From: Tepidiformaceae bacterium
GTDB lineage: Bacteria; Chloroflexota; Dehalococcoidia; Tepidiformales; Tepidiformaceae
NCBI GenBank assembly: GCA_963422605.2
Contig: CAXXUF010000002.1
Coordinates: 1,781,848-1,845,847, forward strand
Length of the DNA: 64,000 nt
Direction of reading: 5' to 3'
In this document: piece after piece, positions 27,021 to 38,887 of the stretch
Position numbering within the stretch: the first letter of the stretch is position 1
Layout of the letters: the number at the start of each line of letters is the position of its first letter
Translations under genes and position numbers: made by a program
The notes under the pieces: generated by a model
Databases searched by the model: none
Seen by the model: the letters and a program-made list of their open reading frames with translations, nothing else
What the model was told of the DNA's origin: nothing

Positions 27021-28799
27021 ATGCGCAAAGACGCCTACGCGGGTGACCTCACGGTCGCGGACGAGGGCCGCGCCGTTCGCCTGGCTGGCTGGGTCCACCG
27101 CCGCCGCGACCACGGCGGCCTCATCTTCATCGATCTGCGGGATTCGCGCGGTATCGTCCAGGTCGTTGTCGACCCCGCGAACGCCGAGGCGCACGAGGCG
27201 GCCCACCGCGCCCGCTCCGAGTGGGTGCTGGCCGTCGAGGGCACGGTGCGCCCCCGCTCGCCCGAGACCGTGAACCGCGACATGCCGACGGGCGAGATCG
27301 AGGTCGTGCCTGTGCGCGTGGAGGTGCTCAACGAGGCGCTCACGCCGCCCTTTGCCGTGAGCGACGACGGTGAGGTCGACGAGCTCGTGCGGCTCCGCCA
27401 CCGCTACGTCGAGCTGCGCCGCCCCGCCGTCGCGGAGATCATCCGCCTGCGCCACGAAGTCGTGCGCTTCATGCGTGAGTTCCTCTCCGCGCGCGGCTTC
27501 GTCGAGATTGAGACGCCCACGCTGATCAAGTCCACGCCCGAGGGGGCGCGCGACTTCCTCGTGCCCTCGCGTCAGCGGCCGGGCCACTTCTTCGCGCTCC
27601 CGCAGTCGCCCCAGATCCTCAAGGAGCTGCTGATGGTCGGCGGCTTCGAACGCTATTTCCAGATGGCCCGTTGCTACCGCGACGAGGACACGCGCGCGAA
27701 CCGCGTCGCTGAGCACACGCAGCTCGACCTCGAGATGAGCTTCGTCGAGGAAGAGGACGTGATGGCGCTCGTCGAGGAGCTGTTCACCGAGGTCGCACAG
27801 CGCTTCGGTGGCGGCAAGCGTCTCGCCGCTACCCCCTTCCCCCGCCTCGACTACGCCGCCGCCATGGCGCGCTACGGCAGCGACCGCCCCGACCTGCGCT
27901 ACGGCCTGGAGTTCGTGGACGTGAGCGAAGCCGTGCGCGGGTCCGCCTTCCAGGTGTTCGCGGGCGCGCTGGCGAGCGGTGGCGAGGTGCACGCCATGCG
28001 CGTCCCCGCGCAGGCGGAGATGCCGCGCCGCACGACCGACGCCCTCGTCGAGATCGCGCGCGGGTGCGGCGCCAAGGGCCTTGCGAACATCGGCTTCCTC
28101 GCCGGTGGCGAGCTGCGCTCGCCCATCGCGCGCTTCCTCTCCGGGGACGAGATCGCGCGGCTGCGCGCGCTCACCGCCGCCAGGGAGGGCGACATGCTCT
28201 TCCTTGTCGCTGATCGTCGGGAGGTGGCCGTCACCTCGCTCGCGCTCGTGCGCGAGGAGCTCGCCCGGCGGCTCGAGCTGATCGACCGCGACGTGCTCTC
28301 CTTCGCCTGGGTCACGGGCTTCCCGCTGCTCGAATGGCGCCCCGAGGAGGGGCGCTGGGACGCGACCCACAACCCCTTCTGTGGCTTCGTCGCCGAGGAT
28401 GCGCCCCTGCTCGAACGCGACCCTGGGGCGGTCCGTTCGAAGCAGTACGACCTCACGCTGAACGGCGCTGAGATCAGCGGGGGCTCCATCCGCATCCATC
28501 GCCGCGCCGAGCAGGAGCAGGTGCTGCGGCTGATGAACTACAGCGACGAGGAGATGCAGGACCGCTTCGGCGCGCTGCTGGACGCGCTCGACTACGGCGC
28601 GCCGCCGATGGGCGGCATCGCCGCCGGCATCGACCGCGTGCTCATGGAGCTGGCCGGTACCGGCAACATCCGTGATGTGATCGCCTTCCCCAAGGCCTCC
28701 TCGGGCATCGACCCGCTCATGGGAGCGCCGGATCCCGTAAGCGGCGAGCAACTCGATGAGCTCGGGCTGCGCCTCGCGCCTCGCGCCTCGCGCGGATAG
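27021..28799 (+). CDS. aspS: Aspartate--tRNA ligase
   Basis: Track ORF 27000..28799. ATG 27021 gives the canonical N-terminus MRKDAYAGDLTVADEGRAVRLAGWVHRRRDHGGLIFIDLRDSRGIVQVV. Class II motifs FFALPQSPQ, QMARCYRDED and GGSIRIHR present. Confidence 0.95.
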   Translation: MRKDAYAGDLTVADEGRAVRLAGWVHRRRDHGGLIFIDLRDSRGIVQVVVDPANAEAHEAAHRARSEWVLAVEGTVRPRSPETVNRDMPTGEIEVVPVRVEVLNEALTPPFAVSDDGEVDELVRLRHRYVELRRPAVAEIIRLRHEVVRFMREFLSARGFVEIETPTLIKSTPEGARDFLVPSRQRPGHFFALPQSPQILKELLMVGGFERYFQMARCYRDEDTRANRVAEHTQLDLEMSFVEEEDVMALVEELFTEVAQRFGGGKRLAATPFPRLDYAAAMARYGSDRPDLRYGLEFVDVSEAVRGSAFQVFAGALASGGEVHAMRVPAQAEMPRRTTDALVEIARGCGAKGLANIGFLAGGELRSPIARFLSGDEIARLRALTAAREGDMLFLVADRREVAVTSLALVREELARRLELIDRDVLSFAWVTGFPLLEWRPEEGRWDATHNPFCGFVAEDAPLLERDPGAVRSKQYDLTLNGAEISGGSIRIHRRAEQEQVLRLMNYSDEEMQDRFGALLDALDYGAPPMGGIAAGIDRVLMELAGTGNIRDVIAFPKASSGIDPLMGAPDPVSGEQLDELGLRLAPRASRG

Positions 28800-28909
28800 C
28801 TGTGCCGCTCTGGAGCGCTCCCGCTGGCTACCGTATCGTCTTGCGTGCGCAGGCGGCATCGCGCCTGCCAGAATCGTCCGGGTCGTAGCGAGCGCCGGGG
28901 GAGGGCTCA

Positions 28910-30613
28910 ATGTCAAATCGCACTCTCGGGCTGATGATGGGCGTTGTTGCCCTGCTCATCGTGGTGGTCGGCGTCGTGTTTGTGCTCGTGGTGGCGGGCG
29001 GAAACGGCGACGCTGGCGGCGAGAGAGGCTCTGTGCCCGCACAGGATGGCAGCACGCCCGTGGATGGCGGTGGCGACAACAACGGTGACCGCGCTGTGGG
29101 TGGTATCTGCGGCGAAAACCGGCTCATCACCTTTGGTGCCGACCCCGCCACCGTGCTCGATCCCATCCAGGTGGGTGATGCGGGTACCGCTGTGTACATT
29201 GCCGAGATCTTCGGCGGCCTCGTCACGCTTGATCTTGACCTGAACGTGACCCCCGACATCGCCGAGCGCTGGGAGGTCTCGGACGACGGCCTCACCTACA
29301 CCTTCTTCCTGCGCGACGACGTAGTCTTCCACAACGGCCGCCGCGTGACTGCCGAGGACTTCAAGTACAGCTTCGAGCGCGCAGCTGATCCGACCAACTT
29401 CTCACCCATCGTGATCAACTACCTGGGCGATATCGCCGGTATCCGCGAGAAGTTCAACGGCGATGCGGAGGTGGTGCGCGGCGTTCAGGTGATCGATGAG
29501 TACACGCTTCGTATCGATCTCCTCCGTCCCGTCAACTACTTCCTCCAGGAGCTTACCTACCCCGTCGCCTTCGTCGTCGATCGCGAGCAGATCGCATCCG
29601 ACCCGGATGGCTGGACACGCAATCCCGTGGGCACGGGTCCCTTCCGCCTGAAGGTATGGCGGCCGCTGGAGGAGATCGTGCTGGTGCCCAACGATCGCTA
29701 TCACCTCGGCCGGCCCCTGCTCGATGAGGTGGTCTTCAAGCTTGGCGGGGGCTCGCTGATGACGCAGCTTGAGAACGACGAGATCCACATCTCCAGCGTC
29801 CCCGCCCTGGAGCTGGCGGGCATCGTCAGCGGGGAGAATCCGCTGAGCAAGATGTACCGGCCGGTCCCCCAGCTTTCACTCTCCTACCTGGGCATGAACG
29901 TGAACGAGCCCCCCTTCGATGATCCTCTCGTGCGCGAGGCCTTCGCCCTCTCCATCGATCGGCAGCAGATCAATGAGGTGCTCTTCTTCAATTACCTGAT
30001 CGTGGCCGATGGCATCCTCCCGCCGGACATGCCCGGCTACGATGCCGAGGCGGTCACCAGCTACCCCTACGACCCAGGGCGCGCCGCCGAGCTGCTCTCG
30101 CAGTCGCGCTACGCCGGCGCCGTGCCTCGGATCATCCTGACCTACAGTGGCTCGGGGGGTGACCCGCCCGACATGCTCCAGGCCTACCAGCAGCAGTGGG
30201 AGGACGCGCTCGGCGTGGAAGTTGAGATCGAGGCGATCGAGTACTCTGCCTACCTGCGCGAGCTGCGCAGGGGCACGCTTCAGATGTATGCGGCGGGCTG
30301 GATCGCCGACTATCCCGACCCCGAGAACTTCCTCGGCAAGCTCTTCGCAAGCGCGAGCACTCTCAGTCACACCGGCTATGCGAACCCGCGCGTCGACGCC
30401 CTCCTGGATGAGGCGGCCACTACCCGGGACGAGGAGCGCCGCCGCCGGCTCTACCTTGAGGCCGAGCAGCTGGTCATCGACGACGCGCCCATAATCCCCA
30501 CATTCTGGGGGATCGATCACTACCTCGTGAGGGACTGTGTCCAGAACTGGCCCGAGGTAGGCACGGTCGTGCCCACCTACCGCTTCATCGAGATCGATAC
30601 AACAAGGGAGTAG
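28910..30613 (+). CDS. ABC transporter substrate-binding protein, family 5 (peptide/nickel type)
   Basis: 567 aa. N-terminal TM/signal anchor, Gly/Asp-rich linker, then SBP_bac_5 pattern (LVTLDLDLNVTPDIAERWEVSDDGLTYTFFLRDDVVFHNGRRVTAEDFKYSFER). GGGGGAGGG Shine-Dalgarno (SD) sequence upstream. Confidence 0.9.
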   Translation: MSNRTLGLMMGVVALLIVVVGVVFVLVVAGGNGDAGGERGSVPAQDGSTPVDGGGDNNGDRAVGGICGENRLITFGADPATVLDPIQVGDAGTAVYIAEIFGGLVTLDLDLNVTPDIAERWEVSDDGLTYTFFLRDDVVFHNGRRVTAEDFKYSFERAADPTNFSPIVINYLGDIAGIREKFNGDAEVVRGVQVIDEYTLRIDLLRPVNYFLQELTYPVAFVVDREQIASDPDGWTRNPVGTGPFRLKVWRPLEEIVLVPNDRYHLGRPLLDEVVFKLGGGSLMTQLENDEIHISSVPALELAGIVSGENPLSKMYRPVPQLSLSYLGMNVNEPPFDDPLVREAFALSIDRQQINEVLFFNYLIVADGILPPDMPGYDAEAVTSYPYDPGRAAELLSQSRYAGAVPRIILTYSGSGGDPPDMLQAYQQQWEDALGVEVEIEAIEYSAYLRELRRGTLQMYAAGWIADYPDPENFLGKLFASASTLSHTGYANPRVDALLDEAATTRDEERRRRLYLEAEQLVIDDAPIIPTFWGIDHYLVRDCVQNWPEVGTVVPTYRFIEIDTTRE

Positions 30614-30618
30614 CGGTA

Positions 30619-31572
30619 GTGGGCCGGGGACTCGCGGGCTACATGCTCCGGCGGATCTTCTGGGCCGTTCCTGTCCTGTTCGTGATCTCGGTGCTGGTCT
30701 TCCTGTTGCTGCGGCTGGCGCCAGTCGACCCCGTCGAGTCGATCCTGGGGCTCCGCTACGACGAGGAGAGTGCGCAGCGGCTGCGGACCAAGTACGGCTA
30801 TGACCGCCCCATCGTCGTGCAGTACGTCAAATACCTGCAGAACCTCTTCCAGGGCGATCTCGGCGTCTCCACCCGCCACCGCGATTTTTCCGTGGCCGAG
30901 GTGGTTGTCCCCAAGATACGTGTCTCGGCGGGGATGGGGATTATGGCGCTCGTCCTCGTCTTCGGGCTCGGCATCCCCGTGGGGATCTACGCCGCGCTTA
31001 ACCGTGGCACGCCCGCCGATCCGCTGGCGATTGGCTTCTGGCTCCTGCTCGACTCGATCCCCGTGTTCGTCTCTGCGGTCTGGGCGCCGTGGCTATTCGC
31101 GCTTAAGCTTGGTTGGGTCGACCTCAGCTACGAGGGCGTCCTCCACGCCAACATCATCCTGCCCGTGCTCCTTATCGCTCTGCCCGGGGTGGCGGGCGTG
31201 GCGCGCCTCATGCGTGCATCCGTCGTCCAGGTCGAGGGAGAGGACTACATCCGCACGGCGCGCGCCAAGGGGCTGCATAAGCGCACGGTGGTCATCACCC
31301 ACACGGTGCGGAACGCCCTGCTGCCCATGATCACGGCCATCGGGCTCGCACTCCCCGGCATCTTCGTGGGCTCCCTCTTTGTCGAGCTTCTCTTCGGCAT
31401 CCCCGGTATTGGGCGAGAGGCGCTCGACGCCGTGCGCGGGCCCGACTTCGATGTCCTGCTCGCGCTCGTGCTCTTCGGCTCTACCCTTTTCGTCCTTGCC
31501 AACATCCTCATCGATATCCTCTACGGCTTCATCGACCCCCGCATCCGCATTGAAACAGCGAGGGGCAGATAG
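30619..31572 (+). CDS. ABC transporter permease (DppB/OppB-like)
   Basis: 317 aa. Polytopic membrane protein with the EAA-type loop EDYIRTARAKGLHKRTVVITHTVRNALLP. Confidence 0.9.
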   Translation: MGRGLAGYMLRRIFWAVPVLFVISVLVFLLLRLAPVDPVESILGLRYDEESAQRLRTKYGYDRPIVVQYVKYLQNLFQGDLGVSTRHRDFSVAEVVVPKIRVSAGMGIMALVLVFGLGIPVGIYAALNRGTPADPLAIGFWLLLDSIPVFVSAVWAPWLFALKLGWVDLSYEGVLHANIILPVLLIALPGVAGVARLMRASVVQVEGEDYIRTARAKGLHKRTVVITHTVRNALLPMITAIGLALPGIFVGSLFVELLFGIPGIGREALDAVRGPDFDVLLALVLFGSTLFVLANILIDILYGFIDPRIRIETARGR

Positions 31573-31665
31573 CGACGGTAACGCAAGGCCACTATCGGTG
31601 TTGATGTTTGCCGACAGCTTATTGATCCGTGCGTCCGGGTCTGCACGGTGAGAGGTGCCTGAATC

Positions 31666-32640
31666 ATGGCCGTCCAGACTGGCTACACGGAAGTTGGCGC
31701 CCTTGATCTGCCAGGTGCACCGCGCTGGCGCACGCTCCGCGTGCTGGCTCGCAAGCGCATCGCGGTCATCGCAATCGTCGTGTTGCTCGTCTTCTATGTC
31801 GCCGGTTTCTCCGCCCCGCTGGTAGCGCCCCATGATCCCAACCGGCAGGAGCTCACGGTCGAGGCGCGTCTTTCCGCTCCATCGGGCGAGCACTGGCTTG
31901 GTACCGACCGCCTCGGGCGTGATCTGCTCGCGCGCGTCATCTATTCAGCGCGTACCACGGTCCTCTTCACGCTCGCGGTGGTCATTACCGGCGGTCTGTT
32001 CCTCGGGTTGGGGCTGGGCCTCCTCTCCGGCTACCGCGGTGGCTGGGTAGATGCCCTCATCATGCGCGTTGGCGAGCTGCTGGCGGGCGTTCCCACGCTC
32101 TTCCTGATGCTCATGATCTCGGCTGCGTTCCGCCCGCGCATCAACGAACTGGCCTTCTGGCTGAAGGACAACTCATTCCTCGGCGATGACGCCCGCCCGC
32201 TGGTCTACTTCCTCATTATCGTGGGCGTGGCCGTCCCCTTCGCCTGGGTGGCCCCGGGCCGCATCGTCAGGAGCCAGGTGCTGGCCATCCGTGAGCAGGA
32301 GTACGTGCTCGCGGCGGAGGCCATGGGCGTTTCCACGACGCGCCTGCTTTTCCGCCACATCCTGCCTGGCGTGATGCCCGTCTACCTCGTGGGGCTCTCC
32401 GCCGCCATGGCCGGTATTGCCGGCGCTGAGCTGGCACTGAGCTGGCTGGGCCTGGGCGTCGATCCCACGACGCCCAGTTTCGGCATCCTCATCTTTGAGG
32501 CGGGAGGCGTGCGCACTTTCCAGGAGTTCCCGCACCTGCTGCTCGTCTCGGCCGTCCCCATCATCGTCTTCATTTTCGCCTGGAACCTGCTCGGCGATGC
32601 CCTCGTGGACCTCGTGGAGCCGCGCACGTACCGGCGCTGA
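31666..32640 (+). CDS. ABC transporter permease (DppC/OppC-like)
   Basis: 324 aa. N-terminal OppC_N-like segment and the loop QEYVLAAEAMGVSTTRLLFRHILPGVMP. No ATPase gene follows in this window. Confidence 0.9.
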   Translation: MAVQTGYTEVGALDLPGAPRWRTLRVLARKRIAVIAIVVLLVFYVAGFSAPLVAPHDPNRQELTVEARLSAPSGEHWLGTDRLGRDLLARVIYSARTTVLFTLAVVITGGLFLGLGLGLLSGYRGGWVDALIMRVGELLAGVPTLFLMLMISAAFRPRINELAFWLKDNSFLGDDARPLVYFLIIVGVAVPFAWVAPGRIVRSQVLAIREQEYVLAAEAMGVSTTRLLFRHILPGVMPVYLVGLSAAMAGIAGAELALSWLGLGVDPTTPSFGILIFEAGGVRTFQEFPHLLLVSAVPIIVFIFAWNLLGDALVDLVEPRTYRR

Positions 32641-32731
32641 CGGCGCCGTTGCCGGCTGCTGGCCGAGCGTAGTGGGGGAATGCCGTATACTCAGCGTCCG
32701 GACTCGAATTTCCGCAGGGGGCGGCGGCCCG

Positions 32732-34021
32732 GTGAAGGTCACACTCGAACGGCTCCCCGAGAGCCGCGTGCAGCTTGAGATCGAAGTTGAGCCGGACCGC
32801 CTGGAGCGGTCCGTCGAGGCTGCCTACAAGCGCCTGCTCCCCAGCCTGCGCATCCCCGGCTTCCGTCCGGGCAAGGCCCCGCGGCTGATCGTGGAACGCA
32901 CACTCGGACGCGAGCGTCTGATCCGCGAAGCGCTCGACTCGCTCGTGCCCGCCGTCTATTCGGAAGCGCTGGAGAGTGAGGCAATCGACCCCGTCGACCA
33001 GCCCGAGCTCGAAATCATCGAGACCGAGCCCGTGCGCTTCAAGGCGACTGTGCCTGTGCGCCCCACCGTGAAGCTGGGCGACTACCAGTCGATCCGCATC
33101 GCGCCCGAGCCCGTGGAGGTGACCGACGAGCTGTTCGCGGAGCAGATGGAGCTCATCCGCCGCCGCTTCGCCACGCTCTCGCCCGTCGAACGCGGCGCCC
33201 GCTGGGATGATGTCCTCACGGCGGACATCAACGCTACGGTCGAGGGCGCGACCTTCGTGCAGGACGAGGACGTGGAGTTCCCGCTACGCGAAGGCCAGCG
33301 CCTCCTGCTGCCCGACCTGGCCGAACAGTTCCTCGACATGGAGGCGGAGTCGGAGAAGACGGTCGAGTTAACCGTGCCCGAGGACTTCCCCGAGAACGTC
33401 CGCGGCAAGACCGCTGCCTTCACGCTCACGGTGAAAGCGGTGAAGGAAGAAGACCTGCCGGAGGAGGACGACGACCTCGCCCAGCAGGTGAACGCCGAGG
33501 AGTTCGAGACCATCGACCAGCTGCGTGAGCGTGTGCGTGCCGACCTGCTGGAGACGCTCCAGCAGCGCGCCGACGAGACCTACCGCCAGAAGGCCGTTGA
33601 CGAACTCGTGAGCCTCTCCGCGGTCGAGTTCCCGCAGGTGCTCCTCGACCGCGAGATCGACGACCTGGTCCGCGAGAACCACGGAAACGACGAGCGCGCC
33701 TACCGGACGCACCTCGCCCGCATCGGCAAGACGCCCGCGGAGTTCCGCGAGCTGTTTCGGGAACCCGCCGGGCAACGTCTGCGCCGCTCGCTCGTCCTCA
33801 GCGAACTCACCGCCGCCGAGAGTATCGAGGTGAGCGACGGCGAGATCGAGTCGCAGCGGCAGAAGATGCTGGAGCCCCTGGGCGAGAATGCCGAGAGTAT
33901 GCGTACCATGTTCGAGAGCGAGCGCGGCGCCGCCAGCATCCGCAACGGCCTGCTGACCGACAAGACGCTCGAACGGCTGCAGGCGATCGCGGCCGGCCCG
34001 CCCGAGGAGGAAGCTGAGTGA
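32732..34021 (+). CDS. tig: Trigger factor
   Basis: C-terminal 429 aa of track ORF 32495..34021, from GTG 32732: [51 protein letters not shown]. This is the canonical GFRxGxxP ribosome-binding motif. Confidence 0.93.
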   Translation: MKVTLERLPESRVQLEIEVEPDRLERSVEAAYKRLLPSLRIPGFRPGKAPRLIVERTLGRERLIREALDSLVPAVYSEALESEAIDPVDQPELEIIETEPVRFKATVPVRPTVKLGDYQSIRIAPEPVEVTDELFAEQMELIRRRFATLSPVERGARWDDVLTADINATVEGATFVQDEDVEFPLREGQRLLLPDLAEQFLDMEAESEKTVELTVPEDFPENVRGKTAAFTLTVKAVKEEDLPEEDDDLAQQVNAEEFETIDQLRERVRADLLETLQQRADETYRQKAVDELVSLSAVEFPQVLLDREIDDLVRENHGNDERAYRTHLARIGKTPAEFRELFREPAGQRLRRSLVLSELTAAESIEVSDGEIESQRQKMLEPLGENAESMRTMFESERGAASIRNGLLTDKTLERLQAIAAGPPEEEAE

Positions 34022-34647
34022 GCCGCACCCCTGCCGCACCCCCCAGAGCCATGATTCCCATGGTGATCGAGACAGGGCCGCGCTCAGAGCGCGCGTTCGA
34101 CATCTTCTCGCTACTGCTCAAGGAGCGCATCGTGTTCCTGGGCACGCCCATTGACGACCAGGTCGCGAACCTTATCGTCGCCCAGCTCCTCTACCTGCAG
34201 CGCGAAGACCCGGAGCGCGATATCAGCCTCTACATTCACTCGCCCGGCGGCGTGATACCGGCGGGGCTCGCGATCTACGACACGATGCAGCTGATCGAGC
34301 CTGCCGTCTCCACGATCGCAGTAGGGCAGACCGCCTCGATGGCCTCGGTGCTGCTCGCCGCGGGCGCCGCGGGCAAGCGCTACGCCCTGCCGAACGCGAC
34401 GGTGCACATGCATCAGGCGCTGGGTGGCGCGCGCGGTCAGGCACGGGATATTGAAATCGCGGCCCGTGAAATCCTGCGCAACAACGAGATCATCCGCGAT
34501 ATCATCTCGAACCACACCGGCCAGAGCGTGGAGAAGATACAGGAGGACTTCGACCGCGACTTCTACCTCGATGCCGAGGGCGCCAGGGTGTATGGCTTCG
34601 TCGATGAGCTGCTGATACAGCCCGCCGCTGAGAGCAGGAACGGGTAA
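34018..34647 (+). CDS. clpP: ATP-dependent Clp protease proteolytic subunit
   Basis: 209 aa, [29 protein letters not shown]...IHSPGG...[11 protein letters not shown]...MHQALGG (Ser-His-Asp triad context). GTG 34018 has a GAGGAGGAAG SD upstream. ATG 34051 is an alternative start. Confidence 0.95.
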   Translation: MSRTPAAPPRAMIPMVIETGPRSERAFDIFSLLLKERIVFLGTPIDDQVANLIVAQLLYLQREDPERDISLYIHSPGGVIPAGLAIYDTMQLIEPAVSTIAVGQTASMASVLLAAGAAGKRYALPNATVHMHQALGGARGQARDIEIAAREILRNNEIIRDIISNHTGQSVEKIQEDFDRDFYLDAEGARVYGFVDELLIQPAAESRNG

Positions 34648-34648
34648 C

Positions 34649-35965
<1,317 letters not shown>

Positions 35966-35979
35966 GCGGCGATCCCGCG

Positions 35980-36498
35980 TTATGCGCGCGCGCTGGCGAT
36001 GGCCGCGCGCTGCGCCCCCGTTGTGGCGATGAGTGTGTCCGTGTCGATGGCGAACACGGCGTCGCTCGCACCCGCCGCCGCCCATACGCGCCGGAAGCGG
36101 CCGAGGCTCTCATCGGCGACCACGTCCCACGTACCGGGCAGGCCCATGGGCGGGACGCCCCCGACCTCGAATCCTGTGAGCGCGAGCACCTCGTCCGCCG
36201 GGGCCAGCCTGAGCTGCTTGCGCGGCGTCCCCAGCAGGCGCGCGAGCGCGGCGGTATCGATCCGCCGGTCGCCCGCAGCGAGCACGACCGTGGGGCGGCC
36301 ACCGGCGCTGAAGATCAGCGTTTTCACGATCTGGCCGAGTTCACAGCCCACGGCGGCGGCGGCGTCCGTGGCGGTGGCGGTGCCCGCGGGGAAGCGCTCG
36401 ATGCGAGCCTCGAGGTTGCGTGACCGCAGCGCTTCCTCCACGCGTGCCGGCCCTTCCGTCGCGCGTACGCCGCCTTTCCCCGCCGTGGGGTCGCTCAT
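35980..36498 (-). CDS. YbaK/ProX/EbsC-type aminoacyl-tRNA editing (deacylase) domain protein
   Basis: Track ORF 35980..36603 trimmed to ATG 36498 (MSDPTAGKGG...). Contains ELGQIVKTLIFSAGGRPTVVLAAGDRRID and FEVGGVPPMG. ATGA overlap with the upstream methyltransferase stop. Confidence 0.8.
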   Translation of the reverse strand: MSDPTAGKGGVRATEGPARVEEALRSRNLEARIERFPAGTATATDAAAAVGCELGQIVKTLIFSAGGRPTVVLAAGDRRIDTAALARLLGTPRKQLRLAPADEVLALTGFEVGGVPPMGLPGTWDVVADESLGRFRRVWAAAGASDAVFAIDTDTLIATTGAQRAAIASARA

Positions 36499-37226
36499 GC
36501 GGGCCGCCGGCAGAGGAAGATGCGCTGGCCGGGGAACTCGTCCGGTTCGAACGCGGGGTAGTCCCGCACGTGGAATCCGGACTCGCCCAGCGTGGCCAAC
36601 CACTCCGCGTGCGAGAACAGCCCCTCAACGGAGCAGTCGTGCTCGACCTTGATGGATCCGTCAGGGGCGCGCAGGAGGTAGACCATGTCGACCTCGTACT
36701 GTGAGTCGTCGGGGTCGGCGTCTTGGACCCATTCAAGGTAACGCAAGGCGCGACCATCGGGGCCGTCGTGCCCGCCGTGGCCGGTGACGGGCGCGAAGCT
36801 CTCACGGACGTAGTCGGGCGCGAAGAGGGCGCCACCGCCCGGGCGCAGGTGTGCGAAGGCGGTTGCCGCCGCTGCCCGCAGGTCGTCGAGCGATGTCAGG
36901 TAGACGATGGCGTCGTGCACGAAGACGAGGTCGAACGTTCGCCCGAGGCGCAGGCTGCGCATGTCCCCTTTGATGTGCTCGCAGTCGGGGTTGATCGTGC
37001 GGCTTTGCGCGAGCATCTCGGGCGAGAGGTCGGTGAGCGTGCAGGCGAACCACTGCTTGAGGTGGGAGGCGTTGTTGCCGCCGCCCGCGCCCAGTTCGAG
37101 CAGCGTCTCCGCGGGGCCCTCGCACGACTCGATCAGTGCCTCGCGGTAGTGCGCTGCCTCCTCCGCGTACTCCTCGGGGGCGGTCAGCAGGTGGAACCAG
37201 TCAGCGAGTTCGGAATACAAGCGCAC
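36495..37226 (-). CDS. Class I SAM-dependent methyltransferase
   Basis: Track ORF 36495..37643 trimmed to GTG 37226 (VRLYSELADWFHLLTAPEEYAEEA...LLELGAGGGNNASHL...LRPGGGALFAPD). The upstream part of the ORF overlaps tlyA antisense. Confidence 0.8.
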   Translation of the reverse strand: MRLYSELADWFHLLTAPEEYAEEAAHYREALIESCEGPAETLLELGAGGGNNASHLKQWFACTLTDLSPEMLAQSRTINPDCEHIKGDMRSLRLGRTFDLVFVHDAIVYLTSLDDLRAAAATAFAHLRPGGGALFAPDYVRESFAPVTGHGGHDGPDGRALRYLEWVQDADPDDSQYEVDMVYLLRAPDGSIKVEHDCSVEGLFSHAEWLATLGESGFHVRDYPAFEPDEFPGQRIFLCRRPA

Positions 37227-37295
37227 GCGGGCCTCACAGCGTCCGTTTTGGCCATCGTACCGGCCAAAGGCTTGCGCATGCGCTAGCCTTACGCG

Positions 37296-38039
37296 ATGCC
37301 TCGCGTTCGCGCCGACCAGCTCCTTGTCCGGCGGGGTCTCGCTGGCTCGCGTTCGCGCGCGCAGCGGCTCATCATGGCGGGGCGTGCGCGCAGTGGCACG
37401 CGCACGCTGGTGAAGCCCGCCACGCTGCTCGACGAGGCGGCGCCACTCGATCTGCGTGTGGTCGAGCCCTACGTCAGCCGTGGCGGTCGCAAGCTCGAAG
37501 CCGCCCTCCGGGATTTCGCGATCGACGTGACCGGCCTCCGCTGCCTCGATGTCGGCGCGTCCACGGGCGGCTTCAGCGACTGCCTGCTGCAGCGCGGTGC
37601 GGCCTCCGTGCTCGCCGTCGACGTGGGGCGCGGGCAGCTCCATCAGCGCCTCCGCGAGGATGCGCGCGTGACGGTGCTGGAGCGGACGAACGCCCGCGCG
37701 CTGCCCCCCCTCCCGCCGCTCGACTTCTTCGTGGCGGATGTCTCCTTCATCTCCCTGCGAAAGGTGCTCCCCTCGGTAGCGGACCGCCTGCCTGCGCGCA
37801 GTTCGGGCCTGGCGCTGCTGAAGCCGCAGTTCGAGGCGGGCCCGGCCGATGTGCCTCGTGGCGGCGTCGTGCGTGACGAGGCCGTGCGTGCGCGCGTGCG
37901 CGACGACTTTCGGGCCTGGGCGCGCGGGCAGGGCTGGGAGGTTCCCGGCGTGGTGGATTCCGCGGTCCCGGGCGATCGCGGCAATCGTGAGCTCTTCGTG
38001 CGCCTGGTCACTCCCGCCCGCACGGAGGATCCTTGCTGA
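37296..38039 (+). CDS. tlyA: TlyA-family rRNA 2'-O-ribose methyltransferase
   Basis: 247 aa. S4 domain (RADQLLVRRGLAGSRSRAQRLIMAG), FtsJ-like VSRGGRKLEAAL...LDVGASTGGFSDCLLQRGA...VDVG. Confidence 0.9.
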   Translation: MPRVRADQLLVRRGLAGSRSRAQRLIMAGRARSGTRTLVKPATLLDEAAPLDLRVVEPYVSRGGRKLEAALRDFAIDVTGLRCLDVGASTGGFSDCLLQRGAASVLAVDVGRGQLHQRLREDARVTVLERTNARALPPLPPLDFFVADVSFISLRKVLPSVADRLPARSSGLALLKPQFEAGPADVPRGGVVRDEAVRARVRDDFRAWARGQGWEVPGVVDSAVPGDRGNRELFVRLVTPARTEDPC

Positions 38040-38887
38040 AGCGCGCCCTCGTCCTGCGGCCCGAAGGCGTGGACCCCGCGCTCGTGCTGGCCGGGCGTAT
38101 CGCTGAGGCAGTTAGCCGCTCCGGCGTCGAGGTCTCGGTGGCGGGCGTCTGGGGCGACGTGCCCGCGGATGCGCTCGCGGAGGCGGATCTCATCATCTGC
38201 GTCGGCGGCGATGGCACGGTGCTGCGCGCCGCGCGCCTGGCGGTGCCCCGTGCAGCCCCCATCCTCGGCGTCAACATGGGGCGGCTCGGGTTCCTCACGA
38301 GCCTGAGCCCCGAAGGCTTCTTCCGCGAACTCGACCGCATCGTCGCAGGCGACTGGGAGATCGAGAAGCGGCTGATGGTGACCGGCGCAGTGCTCGGAGG
38401 CGAGGCTGCGGGGCGCGTCTTCCACGGATTGAACGACATCGTCCTCAGCCGCCGTTCGCCCGGCCGCCCCGTCTACGTCGAGCTTGCCGTCGACGGCGAA
38501 CGGGTAGCGCTCTACCGCTGCGATGGCATGATCGTGGCGACGCCGACGGGCAGCACGGGCTATTCGCTCAGCGCGGGCGGCCCCATTCTCGCGCCCGTCG
38601 AGCGCCACCTCGTGGTCACACCGGTATCCGCGCACCTTGCCATTGGCCGATCGCTCGTCCTCGCTCCGTCCTCAACCGTGACGCTGAGCGTTCGCTCGGA
38701 CGAAGGCGCCATCCTCACGGTCGACGGGCAGGAGGACGCGCACCTCGCGGGCGGCGCGCGCGTGTCCCTCGCCGTGAGCGCGCACGAAGCGCAATTCGCG
38801 CTGCTGCGCCCCTCCGCGTCGTTCTACAGCCGCCTTGCTGCGCGGCTCGAAGTGCAACTCAGCAGCGCCATGAATGACGGTGATTGA
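38033..38887 (+). CDS. nadK: NAD kinase
   Basis: 284 aa, TTG start. Contains ICVGGDGTVLRAAR (GGDG), NMGRLGFL and ATPTGSTGYSLSAGGPI. Confidence 0.93.
   Translation: MLKRALVLRPEGVDPALVLAGRIAEAVSRSGVEVSVAGVWGDVPADALAEADLIICVGGDGTVLRAARLAVPRAAPILGVNMGRLGFLTSLSPEGFFRELDRIVAGDWEIEKRLMVTGAVLGGEAAGRVFHGLNDIVLSRRSPGRPVYVELAVDGERVALYRCDGMIVATPTGSTGYSLSAGGPILAPVERHLVVTPVSAHLAIGRSLVLAPSSTVTLSVRSDEGAILTVDGQEDAHLAGGARVSLAVSAHEAQFALLRPSASFYSRLAARLEVQLSSAMNDGD

Noticed and set aside
28849-28868. Hairpin GCAGGCG-gcatcg-CGCCTGC after aspS as an intrinsic terminator
   Set aside because: It has a 7-bp stem but no downstream U-tract. It is indistinguishable from chance GC-rich palindromes in this genome.
26853-28916. 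687-aa minus-strand ORF
   Set aside because: It is antisense to aspS (clear class II aaRS motifs on the plus strand). Its composition is shadow-like.
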